Positions 19,101 through 26,876 of a stretch of DNA of 64,000 nt are shown piece after piece. Source of the stretch: Clostridia bacterium. GTDB lineage: Bacteria > Bacillota > Clostridia > Oscillospirales > CAG-272. Location: assembly GCA_017403155.1 (NCBI GenBank), contig JAFQOP010000017.1, forward strand, positions 17,023-81,022, given 5' to 3'. The translations under genes were made by a program, and so were the position numbers. Position 1 is the first letter of the stretch. The number at the start of each line of letters is the position of its first letter. The notes under the pieces are model-generated. The model did not search any database, was not told where the DNA came from, and saw only the letters and a program-made list of their open reading frames with translations.

Positions 19101-20780
19101 TATTACCTTGAGACCATCGACCTCTCGGATGTCAGCGAGATAGGCTCCACCGCCTTTGCTCTTTGCTACTCCCTGAAGGGCGTAACCCTCTCCGAGGAGC
19201 TTACAGTGCTTCCCGAGCTGGTATTCTACGGCTGCAGCTCGCTGAAGCTTACCGACCTCAGCCATATTGTCCGCTTCGGCACCGGCTGTGTATACGGTGT
19301 AAAGCTTCCCCAGCATCTCGAGCTTACCAGTGCAGAGTACATAGATATGCAGGCGTTCGTCGTCTCGAGCGAGGAGATAACCTCCGACATAGAGACCGTC
19401 TACGCGCCCAACCTTCTGTTCCTTGGCGAGCAGGCATTTGCAGGGTGCGAGAATCTTCGCTCTCTTGTAGCACCCAAGCTTGAGGAAATCGGCTATGCCG
19501 CTCTCGGCTATACCGGCATCATTGAGCTTGAGATAACCGAGAACCTCAAGAAGGTTGACACAAGCATCCTTGAGGGCTCCGTGAGCTTCAGAGGCTTCTA
19601 CGCCACCGTAAACGGCGAGAAGACGTATGACGCCGAGTTTGACAACGTTATGATAAAGGAAGGCGTCCTCTACGGAATAACTCCTGTTGGATATATGCTC
19701 CTTTATTATCCCACCGCAAAGCCCGAAACCGTATTCACTGTTGCGGACGGCACGGTCAGAATAGAGTACTGCGCGGCGCTTGGCAACAATAACCTTGAAA
19801 CTGTAATTCTTCCCGAGTCTGTGCGCTATATTGCCAACCATGCATTCTACCAGTGCGCGAACCTCAAGAAGGTAGTCTTCAAGTCCTACTATGCCCCCGT
19901 GCTTGAGGGCACCATGACGGGCAACGAGGTAAAGATAACTCCCGAGACAATCAAGGATTATCCCGGATTCGAAAAGCTCTATAAGTACGATTATTACTTT
20001 AAGGTAGAATCCCTCGTCGCGGCTCCTCTCTATTACAGCCACTTCGTTGATCTCGTTACCTCCAAGGGCGCTGAGGGTCTCACCTATGTGATTCCCAAGA
20101 ACTCCGAGGGCTATGACTCCAGACTCTACTCCGCATACTTCACACCCGTTGAGGGAGAGGATGCGGGCACCGTTATGGGCGCTGCCGGTATCGCGTTTAT
20201 CGACGCGGTAAAGAAGCTGCCCGAGACTGCAACCCGCTTTGACGAGGCGCTTATCAGCAATGCTATAAACGCGTATAACGTGCTCGTTGCAAGCTCTGAC
20301 GTTGAGCTCGTAGACGAGTCCTACGTCACCCGCTTCACCGTTGCTCGCAGCCAGTACAACGTCAGTGTTGCAGAGAACAAGATCGCGCATCTTTACGATA
20401 TGGCAAACGCGAAGTACTTCTACGACCTTGTTAAGGATGCAAGAGCAGCCTACCTCGCCCTTACCGACGAGGAGAGAGCCGCAGTATCCAACAGCGAGCA
20501 TCTCGAGCAGAAGATTGCCGAGCTTGCCTCCGCTATGGACAAGGAGCTCGACTTCACCCTTGAGTACGCGGATTACTTCCCCGTAAGCGAGGAGCCTGAC
20601 CGACCCGAGCCTCCCATCGCTCCCGACACGGAGGGTGGCCTTGACACCTGGGTTATCGTTGTGATAGCCGTAGCGGGTGTGCTCGTCCTTGGCGGTGGAG
20701 CCTTCGGCGCCTTCCTCCTCGTTAGAAAGAAGAAGGGCGTCACCGACCCGGCAACCGACACCGACAAAAAGGAAGACTAA
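13146..20780 (+). CDS. Giant cell-envelope subtilase (S8 with PA insert) fused to Fn3-like, Big_2 and BspA-type LRR arrays, with a C-terminal TM anchor
   Basis: 2544 aa. It has a signal/TM segment (LVAWLMIAVLILQIFSVLAFA). The catalytic triad motifs are AILDSGCD (D235, 13848), HGTHVAG (H311, 14076) and SGTSMAAP (S634, 15045). A PA-like insert (IEGKIALVKRGDITFEEK..AGAAGIIIYNN) lies between the His and Ser. Two Big_2-like modules follow (LTWTSSDESVVAISGG, LTWSSSNPKVATVDENG). The TM helix W2502-V2526 (20649-20723) is followed by RKKKG. Confidence 0.93.
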   Translation: MRNFNNTTEKKATRRTRLVAWLMIAVLILQIFSVLAFAANGGEPIFSLPTTNTDKGGTVSGIGKLESDAISAQLKKDFIGSLNKDLVKRIEDLELRGAVGAIISFSDESLISSFTSSQYADRMTYGEFRTSAAAEKIRERLAENQEGVISALRSAGLITEVKYNYYNIMDGAYVRTTYENIEKLCSFEGVERVIISNTYEPMTAVDNPVDVYDTGIFNSSNISYTGEGTIVAILDSGCDYSHSAFTTHTVVNPLYDRDKIAEKLPSTVAYSIDPTIEVREVYYGNITGGKVAFGYDYADKDTDVMPFTSSHGTHVAGIIGGMDDTITGVAIDTQLAIMKVFSDYDAGAEDGDILAALEDSIILGVDAINMSLGSSCGFTREVDDEYKNELYDRIEEAGISLVVAASNDYSSGFGSEESNTNKTTNPDSATVGAPSTYHAALAVASINGRKENYILVNGDTEVFFNEAYNMATDEYSFFEMLGLDKDNTTAEFEYVTIPGYGYSINYSGVDIEGKIALVKRGDITFEEKVQFAYEAGAAGIIIYNNIFGEISMTVGNDLKIPVVSISKDDGDAMAARSKGTIVVDFGNEAGPFMSDFSSWGPTPSLELKPEITAHGGNILSAIAGGEYEEQSGTSMAAPNMCGITVLIRQYVKENFKNLTVTEQRDLVNQLCMSTATIALDKNGNPYSPRKQGAGIADIAKATTTPAYLYVEGIGKTKIELFDDPDRLGVYELPVKLKNISAEPQSYSLGSIIMTESISTSEPEYVAEMAYLLSAATEYTVTGATREGDVITVAAGETASIVAKITLSDADKAYINSTFKNGMYVEGFLTLESTAENGIDLNAPFLGFFGDWGEAPIFDLDYYEVETEAHNDAIDDDEKIKADYYATTPTGTYYYDYILPLGSYVYEMDESLYSAIPATEEHAAISYFSDCISGVYGVFAGLLRGAKEMSISVVDTSTGKIVWSKVQYNCYKAHYNGSPYPYVSSFDLPIANYKTGSVLGSNNTRFEVTMSAKLDWNGEERNSSDTYTFSFYIDYEAPSVVDATFRTEYDKSREENRYYADIMVYDNHYAMSIRPIIAYDLVEDGETKKTYASLTEYPIPIYQENRGEASKVTIEITDYIDIIADSALPEGLTVYIDDFAMNSGVCYIPFPETESDDLSFIDPDVLNPEIDLDINETLDLTTLLVHKDTTVPVETDYLKTLTWTSSDESVVAISGGKIEAKKAGSAVISVTGSSWKTDSDVPISKSLVVKVSTTEVDNPDSAKKVPIEALDFVSYNTIFAFNSDIDYSEIGVTDSINYFGGNNSISFYPSEQVKLNYKLDPWNIDPSRYTLTWSSSNPKVATVDENGVVTAESEGFARISLQIKIDDRVSLLAARCSVTVKSEFIIENRTLVAYKGKGGDVVIPDDEGIMSIGAFAFCHYDLDNEKEVEKDENGFYDIDEKKEPLGNDTVTSVVIPDGVETIDKYAFYNCRKLKSVTLPESCKTINERAFANCSILEEANLESVSVIHNYAFYKCESLNGGNDGIDLSGVYAVGDYAFAGARFDSLTLTNLSLTGVGAFSDCTKLTSVTLGEKTRISNSMFENTPVTDIVIYSDIVGDKAFAGCTKLTSVEFKNDLTYLGSEAFSGCKLLNSVTFDKGCEKIAALAFYECAALESFTLPNCDVVISDGAFGRSGIETLIFGKKTHITEGGIGILEGVDSLEVELGGSDYYVLADGAVYTKDGTCLVMLLPDAAVTEFTVPAAVTYIMDGAFSSNKYIKSISFESGSALERIGYGAFSGCTALRTVNLPARQIKIGPSAFFNTAKLESVNLESVAELGDFAFEGSALSTANLLLNGVKIGAGAFYGSTSIRTVNLGAGAVIGDYAFSDSSVTTVTIDGKGAVIGEGAFFACTRLSSFDFEDITGRVGDFAFYGCTSLTGVNAPEITELGEGCFADCFSLASFHAAKLETVGSYAFSPYAEESENGAAIKVFDAPNLKKIGDYAFYACYYLETIDLSDVSEIGSTAFALCYSLKGVTLSEELTVLPELVFYGCSSLKLTDLSHIVRFGTGCVYGVKLPQHLELTSAEYIDMQAFVVSSEEITSDIETVYAPNLLFLGEQAFAGCENLRSLVAPKLEEIGYAALGYTGIIELEITENLKKVDTSILEGSVSFRGFYATVNGEKTYDAEFDNVMIKEGVLYGITPVGYMLLYYPTAKPETVFTVADGTVRIEYCAALGNNNLETVILPESVRYIANHAFYQCANLKKVVFKSYYAPVLEGTMTGNEVKITPETIKDYPGFEKLYKYDYYFKVESLVAAPLYYSHFVDLVTSKGAEGLTYVIPKNSEGYDSRLYSAYFTPVEGEDAGTVMGAAGIAFIDAVKKLPETATRFDEALISNAINAYNVLVASSDVELVDESYVTRFTVARSQYNVSVAENKIAHLYDMANAKYFYDLVKDARAAYLALTDEERAAVSNSEHLEQKIAELASAMDKELDFTLEYADYFPVSEEPDRPEPPIAPDTEGGLDTWVIVVIAVAGVLVLGGGAFGAFLLVRKKKGVTDPATDTDKKED
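13800..15250 (+). other. S8 peptidase catalytic domain with inserted PA domain (lactocepin / C5a-peptidase-like organisation)
   Basis: Asp, His and Ser motifs occur in canonical order. A protease-associated-like segment of about 130 aa lies between His and Ser. Confidence 0.8.
17301..19900 (+). repeat. BspA/TpLRR-type leucine-rich repeat array (about 35 repeats, protein level)
   Basis: Recurrent modules of about 23-25 aa of the form L.S(V/I).(L/I)P.S(V/C)..I...AF..C..L. They are diverged at the DNA level. Confidence 0.7.
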
Positions 20781-21892
20781 TGATGAAAAGAAAGCTTCTA
20801 CTTCTAATAATGTCTCTTCTCGTTGTCGCCTCCCTGGCAGTTATGCTGTCAGGGTGCGGCGCCGACGATGAGCTCGACGGTAAGCATATCGTTACCTTCG
20901 AGATAAACGGAGGAGTCTTTAACTACGGTACCTCGAGCACCGATACGGCTATTAAATATGCCTATCATCCCGATACCAAAATCGTAGACCCTCTCACCAT
21001 AAATCAGAATAAAATCTCCCGCAACGGCTACGTTTTTACCGGTTGGTATACGTCATCCGATTGCAAGGCAAACGAAAGGTGGGAGTTCAAAGGCCAGTCT
21101 GTCACAGCCGATATAACGCTCTATGCGGGCTGGGAGCTTGAGATCAAGCATACCTTCTCGGTAAAATATACCGACGGTGACAGCGAGACCACCCTCGGCA
21201 CCTACGACGTAAAGGCGGGCACTGTGTTTGAGGATTGGCGCCATTTTGCCGACAAGCGCGACGGATATACTGCGTTTGGCTTCTACTCTGACCCCGAGTG
21301 CACGGCACCCTGGGATTTCTCCTCCGTGCATCCGGGCGGAGAGAGTGACCTCGATATCCCCGTATACGTCAGGTATATAGAGGGCGAGTGGACTCTGGTA
21401 GACAACGCAGATAAGTTCATAAGCGCTGTGAAGAACGGCAAGAATATTTACCTCACGTGTGATATTGATTTCGGCGGTGAAGAAATAAATCCGCGCGATT
21501 TAAGCGAGTATAACGCAACCCTTGAGGGCAACGAATACAAAATTTCGTCCTTCTCGGTCAGCAAGAGCGGAACCACCTTTAGTCCTACTCTTGCTATATT
21601 CGGCGAGCTGGGTGCGAATGCTGATATAAGAAACGTCTCCTTCGAGAACGTTACCTATAAATTATTTGATGTTGTAGACAGAGATGACGTAACGGTAAGG
21701 GCTGCCGCACTCGCCGCTGATATGGCAGAGGGCGCAACTGTTACCAACGTAACCGTGACCGGCGTGCTTGAGACCAACTACGCAGGAGAGCTTCCCAGAC
21801 TTTGCGACGTATTCTGTTATGACGCAGAGAGCGAGAGCATCCTCGACGGTGTCAGCGGCTTCAGCGCCAATATTACTGTTAATAAACAATAG
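20780..21892 (+). CDS. Lipoprotein with two Listeria-Bacteroides (Flg_new) repeats and a GLUG-like C-terminal region
   Basis: Lipobox MLSGC|G. Repeats are marked by FTGWYTSSDC..ITLYAGWE and TAFGFYSDPECTAPWDF. The start overlaps the subtilase stop (TAATG). Confidence 0.85.
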   Translation: MMKRKLLLLIMSLLVVASLAVMLSGCGADDELDGKHIVTFEINGGVFNYGTSSTDTAIKYAYHPDTKIVDPLTINQNKISRNGYVFTGWYTSSDCKANERWEFKGQSVTADITLYAGWELEIKHTFSVKYTDGDSETTLGTYDVKAGTVFEDWRHFADKRDGYTAFGFYSDPECTAPWDFSSVHPGGESDLDIPVYVRYIEGEWTLVDNADKFISAVKNGKNIYLTCDIDFGGEEINPRDLSEYNATLEGNEYKISSFSVSKSGTTFSPTLAIFGELGANADIRNVSFENVTYKLFDVVDRDDVTVRAAALAADMAEGATVTNVTVTGVLETNYAGELPRLCDVFCYDAESESILDGVSGFSANITVNKQ

Positions 21893-21918
21893 TTATATAA
21901 AGGAGAAATCAAGAGAAA

Positions 21919-24438
21919 ATGAAAAAGGCAAGAAAGATCATTTCGCTCCTGCTCGCATTCGCTCTGCTTATGGGAACTCTTACCGCTCTCATGGGCTGCG
22001 GCTCGGATGAGGTGATTGACAACGAAACAACGCGTCTGGTGCTCTCCACCTCTGAGCTCGACGGCGTATTCAACCCCTTCTACTCATCCTCGGCATCCGA
22101 CGGATCGGTAGTAGGTATGACACAGATAGGCATGCTTTCCTCCGATAAGGACGGAAAGGTAGCATACGGTGAGAAGGAGGCTTGTGTCGTTCTCGACTAT
22201 GAGGCAGTTCCCGTGGTTGAGGGCGGTGAAACCACCAAGACCGTCTACCGATTCGTGCTCAAGAACGGTCTGAAGTTCAGCGACGGCTCTCCCCTTACCA
22301 TGAGAGACGTTCTCTTCAACCTCTACGTATACCTCGACCCCGCATACTACGGTAGCGCTACTATCTACTCTACCGATATCGTAGGTCTTCAGGAATACCG
22401 TACCCAGACTGCAAACAAGAATGAGCAGGACGGCTTCAACGAGGAGTTCAGTGCTCTTGCAGAGGACCGTATTCTCCGTCTTTACGAGTGCCTTACCGAT
22501 ATATATAAGGAAAATAAGGCACAGGGCGGCGGCAGCCTCAGCGCTGACGAGATGGTAAGCAGACTTACCACAATGATGAACGACCGCAAGGAATACGACG
22601 CAAAGTACGGCACTATCCTTGACGACTACAACCTTGCAGACAAGTACTTCCGCGAGGAGCTCAAGGAGGATTACAGCTACGCCAAGGGCACAGCAGAGGA
22701 TATCGCATTCACCGATGCCAGCGGCAAGAGGGTTCACCTCACCACCGATACCGAGGCATTCCTCTACAACGAGGGTCTTATCGTTTGGGACGAGGACAAT
22801 CTCTTCTTCGACTACTCCCTCGGTGAGGACAGTAAGAACTGGTCCGAGGAGCGCGCTATTCAGGCCATCTACGATTATTATTTCCCCAACAAGGTTGACG
22901 TAGTTGTCACCGGCTGGAACACCGCCAACAAGCTTCACGATTACTTCTCCTTCCTCGAGCAGCAGAAGTACTTTGAGGGCGTTACGAACAAGGTTACCAG
23001 CATCTCCGGTATCCGCTACGCAAACTTCACCGAGAGCGTAGAGGTAAACGGCAAGACCTATGCCAAGACCGAGCTTAACGATAAGGGTGTTGTTACCAAC
23101 GACACCAACGAGGTTCTTGAGATCACCATCAACAAGGTTGACCCCAAGGCTATCTGGAACTTCGCATTCACCGTTGCTCCTATGTTCTACTACTCGAGCG
23201 CAGACGAGATTGAAGCGTTCAACTACACCGACAAGTTCGGCGTAAAGTTCGGTAGCATCGAGTTTATGGACGAGGTAATCAAGGATCCCAACAAGATCGG
23301 CGTTCCCGTGGGTGCAGGTGCCTACAAGGCAACCACCCGTGAGGGCGATTCCTCCTCGGTTACCGCAGGTACCTTCAAGGCAAACAACGTCGTTTACTTC
23401 GAGCGCAACGAGCACTTTATGTTCGACATTAAGATCAAGTACGTAAACTACCAGGTTGTTCCTACCAACCTTATGCTTGAGTCTCTCTACTCGGGCGACG
23501 TTCACTTCGTTGAGCCCGCTTGTAAGCAGGAGAACATCAACAGCATCGACTCCAAGGCATCCGAGGGCTTTGCAAGCTCCGCGGTAATGACTAACGGCTA
23601 CGGATATATCGGTATCAATGCCGAGAAGGTTCCGAGCCTTGCCGTAAGACAGGCTATCATGCGTGCTATCAACACACAGTATGCAGTAGACTATTATAAC
23701 GGCTATTCCTCCAGCATCTACCGTCCTATGACCAAGGCATCCTGGGCATATCCCGACGAGACGGATGAGCTCGGACAGTATTACGCATTCGATGAGACGG
23801 GTGATATCTGTGAGCAGCTTGTTATCGACGCAGGCTACATCAAGAACTCCAAGGGCATCTATGCAAAGGGCAACGACGTCCTTAAATACACCTTCACCAT
23901 CGCAGGTGATACCACCGACCACCCCGCATATCAGTCTCTCAAGATTGCTGCCGACATTCTTAACAAGCACGGCTTCAAGATTGAGGTAAAGACAGATATC
24001 AACGCTCTCAAGAAGCTCAACAACGGTGACCTCGCAGTATGGGCGGCAGCTTGGGGCGCAGGCGTTGACCCCGATATGTATCAGGTATATCACATCGACT
24101 CCACCGCAGGCTCCACCGCTAACTGGGGCTACCGTGCCATCAAGGCTAACGCAGGCGGCAAGTACGATACCGAGCTCGCTCTCGTTAAGCAGCTCTCCGA
24201 GATCATCGACCTCGCACGCGAGACCCTTGATCCCGACAGACGCGAGGCTTATTACGCGCAGGCTCTTGATATAGTAATGGAGCTCGCAGTCGAGCTTCCC
24301 ACCTATCAGAGAAGCGACCTCTTCGCTTACAACACCAACATAATCGACGTTACGACTCTCACCCCCTCCTCCGAGCTCACTCCCTACAACGGACCGCTCA
24401 GCAGACTTTGGGAGGTCAGCCTTAACGAGACGAAATAA
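21919..24438 (+). CDS. ABC transporter substrate-binding lipoprotein, family 5 (Opp/Dpp/Nik type), unusually large
   Basis: Lipobox LMGC|G. It has an SBP_bac_5-like core (FVLKNGLKFSDGSPLTMRDVLFNLYVYLDP ... GYIGINAEKVPS ... AAWGAGVDPDMYQVYH). At 839 aa it exceeds the 500-600 aa typical of this family. Confidence 0.88.
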   Translation: MKKARKIISLLLAFALLMGTLTALMGCGSDEVIDNETTRLVLSTSELDGVFNPFYSSSASDGSVVGMTQIGMLSSDKDGKVAYGEKEACVVLDYEAVPVVEGGETTKTVYRFVLKNGLKFSDGSPLTMRDVLFNLYVYLDPAYYGSATIYSTDIVGLQEYRTQTANKNEQDGFNEEFSALAEDRILRLYECLTDIYKENKAQGGGSLSADEMVSRLTTMMNDRKEYDAKYGTILDDYNLADKYFREELKEDYSYAKGTAEDIAFTDASGKRVHLTTDTEAFLYNEGLIVWDEDNLFFDYSLGEDSKNWSEERAIQAIYDYYFPNKVDVVVTGWNTANKLHDYFSFLEQQKYFEGVTNKVTSISGIRYANFTESVEVNGKTYAKTELNDKGVVTNDTNEVLEITINKVDPKAIWNFAFTVAPMFYYSSADEIEAFNYTDKFGVKFGSIEFMDEVIKDPNKIGVPVGAGAYKATTREGDSSSVTAGTFKANNVVYFERNEHFMFDIKIKYVNYQVVPTNLMLESLYSGDVHFVEPACKQENINSIDSKASEGFASSAVMTNGYGYIGINAEKVPSLAVRQAIMRAINTQYAVDYYNGYSSSIYRPMTKASWAYPDETDELGQYYAFDETGDICEQLVIDAGYIKNSKGIYAKGNDVLKYTFTIAGDTTDHPAYQSLKIAADILNKHGFKIEVKTDINALKKLNNGDLAVWAAAWGAGVDPDMYQVYHIDSTAGSTANWGYRAIKANAGGKYDTELALVKQLSEIIDLARETLDPDRREAYYAQALDIVMELAVELPTYQRSDLFAYNTNIIDVTTLTPSSELTPYNGPLSRLWEVSLNETK

Positions 24439-24459
24439 TCGTGGGGCAGGGTAAAGAAA

Positions 24460-25779
24460 ATGTTTAAATATATACTGAAAAGACTCGGTCTTTCCATCAT
24501 TATCCTGCTCGGTGTGTCGCTTATCATATACATCCTTGTCAGACTTATGCCGACCAACTATCTCGAGACCAAGTTCTCCTCGCAGCTTCAGCAGGGAACT
24601 ATGACTCACGAGCAGCTCGATGAGTTCAAGAAGAGATACGGTCTGTATATGCCTGAGGCATATCTCACCGTTGATCCCGAGGAGGGCGAGTATTCGGACG
24701 TTCTGTTCGAGAGGGATATAAGAGAACAGTCCTATGAGGACCTCGAGAGCGGAATTATTAATTACACCGAGTTCTATGCGGGCACCTATACCGCAGAGGA
24801 CGAGGAGCTGTATCTCGAGCTGAAGGATGACGGCACCTACCGCATTTATGCGATGGAGGAGGGCATTGCAATCAACAAGCTCTCGGGTCTTTACGATGCC
24901 GCGAAGGACTCCGTAACCCTCAGAAACGGTGCTGTTTCCTATGCCGCTGCCGCAACCTACAAGGTTGCGAGCGGCTGGGATAAGTTCGGTGCAGTGCTGG
25001 GCGGATACTTCTCCTGGCTCGGCAATATGCTGCGCGGAGACCTCGGTGACTCCTTCCTGTATCAGCAGCCCGTCGGCAAGGTAATTGCAGACCACATGTG
25101 GGTATCCTTCGCGATATCGCTCGTTGCACTCATATTCCAGTTTGCAATCTCGATACCTCTCGGCATCACCAGCGCAACACACCAGTATTCGGTTGCCGAC
25201 TATACGGTAACCATCGTAACAATGATAGGCATTTCGCTGCCCTCCTTCTTCTTTGCGGCGCTGCTTATCAAGATATTCTCCAGCTGGCTCGGCTGGTTCC
25301 CCTCCTTCGGTCTTGTAACGGGAGGCTCATCGGCAACGGGCTTTGCACTCTTCTTCGACATGCTTCATCACCTGGTGCTTCCCATGCTGGTGCTTGTCGT
25401 GCTTTCCATCGGCGGCCTTATGCGCTATACCAGAACGAATATGCTCGAGGTTCTCAACTCCGATTATATCCGCACCGCGCGCTCCAAGGGCCTCTCGGAG
25501 AAGAAGGTTATATACGTACACGCATTCCGTAACACCATGATTCCCCTTATGACCCTTCTTGCAGGTATTCTGCCCTCCCTCTTCGGAGGTGCGATGATTA
25601 CCGAGGAGGTCTTTGCCATCGACGGTATCGGACGATTGGCATACAAGGCGCTTCAGCAGGGAGATATCCCCTTTATAATGGGATACAATATGTTCCTTGC
25701 CGTGCTTACGGTTATCGGCACACTTTTCTCGGATCTTATGTATGCAGTAGTTGACCCCAGAGTCAAGCTGTCAAAATAA
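24460..25779 (+). CDS. ABC transporter permease (OppB/DppB type) with an enlarged first extracytoplasmic loop
   Basis: MFKYILKRLGLSIIILLGVSLIIYILVRLMP N-terminus and the EAA-loop region SDYIRTARSKGLSEKKVIYVHAFRN. At 439 aa it exceeds the usual size of about 310 aa. Confidence 0.9.
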   Translation: MFKYILKRLGLSIIILLGVSLIIYILVRLMPTNYLETKFSSQLQQGTMTHEQLDEFKKRYGLYMPEAYLTVDPEEGEYSDVLFERDIREQSYEDLESGIINYTEFYAGTYTAEDEELYLELKDDGTYRIYAMEEGIAINKLSGLYDAAKDSVTLRNGAVSYAAAATYKVASGWDKFGAVLGGYFSWLGNMLRGDLGDSFLYQQPVGKVIADHMWVSFAISLVALIFQFAISIPLGITSATHQYSVADYTVTIVTMIGISLPSFFFAALLIKIFSSWLGWFPSFGLVTGGSSATGFALFFDMLHHLVLPMLVLVVLSIGGLMRYTRTNMLEVLNSDYIRTARSKGLSEKKVIYVHAFRNTMIPLMTLLAGILPSLFGGAMITEEVFAIDGIGRLAYKALQQGDIPFIMGYNMFLAVLTVIGTLFSDLMYAVVDPRVKLSK

Positions 25780-25806
25780 GCGGATACTGAGCGATAGGAG
25801 ATTTTT

Positions 25807-26871
25807 ATGGACGAAAAAATGGACAATAAAATAGAGCCCACCGCCGTATCCGAGGAAACCGTTGAGGTAGAGGTACACTACAAGGAAATGTCACCTGCGA
25901 TGATGGTAATGAGGAGATTCTTCCGCTCCCGTCTTTCGCTCGTCGGCGTTATACTCCTTGTGGCACTCTTCGCGTTTTCCTTCCTCGGCCCGCCCGTTAT
26001 GCATATGTTCGGATATGAGTGGGGCGAGATAGATACCGACCTGACCCCCACCACCAAGCGCGCGTCGACAACAATCAAGGGCGCAACGACCGACGCAGAG
26101 GGTAATGAGTATGACCTCATTCAGTTCGTTGAGAACGAGGTAGGCATCAATTACTATGCTCCCTCCTCGGGCTCCCACTGGTTCGGCACCGATGAGAAGG
26201 GTATGGACGTCTTTATCAGACTTATGTACGGCGGCAGAGTATCTCTTACTCTGGGCTTCATAGTAATCATTCTTGAAACAATAATCGGCGTTATTCTCGG
26301 CGGTATAGCGGGCTACTTCGGCGGCAAGCTCGACCAGCTGATAATGAGAATAGTCGATATACTCAACTGTATTCCCACACTTCCCATTCTTCTTATTGCG
26401 TCGGTAGTTATCGACTCGTGGGAGGTTGCTGCGGGAATGCGTATCTATTACCTTATGGCGATTATGACCGTCTTCGGCTGGAGCGGCACCGCCCGTATGG
26501 TAAGGGGACAGATACTCTACCTGCGCGAGCAGGAGTACATCGTTGCCTGCGAGGTTATGGGTATTCCCGTATGGCGCAGAATCTTCAAGCACCTCGTTCC
26601 CAACATTATGCCCCAGCTCATCGTGTCTATGACCCTTGGTCTTGGTAGCATAATCCTTTATGAATCTACCCTCAGCTATCTCGGACTCGGTATTCCGCTT
26701 CCGTATGCCGCTTGGGGTACGATGATATCCTCATCCACCGATCCCACAACCATGGCAAACTATCCGGGCCTTTGGGTGCCCGCGGGTATCCTCATCGTAA
26801 TTGCCGTCCTCGCCTTCAACTTCGTTGGCGACGGTCTGCGTGACGCTATGGACCCGAAGTCAAAGAGGTGA
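25807..26871 (+). CDS. ABC transporter permease (OppC/DppC type)
   Basis: OppC-type N-terminus (MMVMRRFFRSRLSLVGVILLV), GTDEKGMDVF, and an EAA loop (REQEYIVACEVMGIPVWRRIFKHLVPN). Confidence 0.9.
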   Translation: MDEKMDNKIEPTAVSEETVEVEVHYKEMSPAMMVMRRFFRSRLSLVGVILLVALFAFSFLGPPVMHMFGYEWGEIDTDLTPTTKRASTTIKGATTDAEGNEYDLIQFVENEVGINYYAPSSGSHWFGTDEKGMDVFIRLMYGGRVSLTLGFIVIILETIIGVILGGIAGYFGGKLDQLIMRIVDILNCIPTLPILLIASVVIDSWEVAAGMRIYYLMAIMTVFGWSGTARMVRGQILYLREQEYIVACEVMGIPVWRRIFKHLVPNIMPQLIVSMTLGLGSIILYESTLSYLGLGIPLPYAAWGTMISSSTDPTTMANYPGLWVPAGILIVIAVLAFNFVGDGLRDAMDPKSKR

Positions 26872-26876
26872 GTGAT

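Noticed and set aside
17070-20501. Very long antisense ORFs opposite the real genes. Examples: 1143 aa at 17070-20501, 1032 aa at 22084-25182, 857 aa at 48538-51111, 727 aa at 29868-32051, 704 aa at 42003-44117, 664 aa at 34173-36167, and 625 aa at 13110-14987.
   Set aside because: Every one I checked is in the codon-aligned antisense frame (same coordinate modulo 3 as the sense gene). In that frame, stops arise only from sense TTA, CTA and TCA codons, which this GC3-rich genome avoids. The products are low-complexity (V/G/A/L/C-rich), lack SD sequences and motifs, and one runs straight across an intergenic gap between two same-frame genes. They are shadow ORFs, not overlapping genes.
20590-20780. 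Sortase-type sorting signal at the C-terminus of the giant subtilase (PDTEGG + hydrophobic helix + RKKKG).
   Set aside because: The layout is tripartite-like, but the motif is APDTEG rather than LPXTG, NPQTN or (S/P)PXTG. A 15-aa acidic tail follows the basic patch, and no sortase gene is in the window. It is called a plain C-terminal TM anchor.
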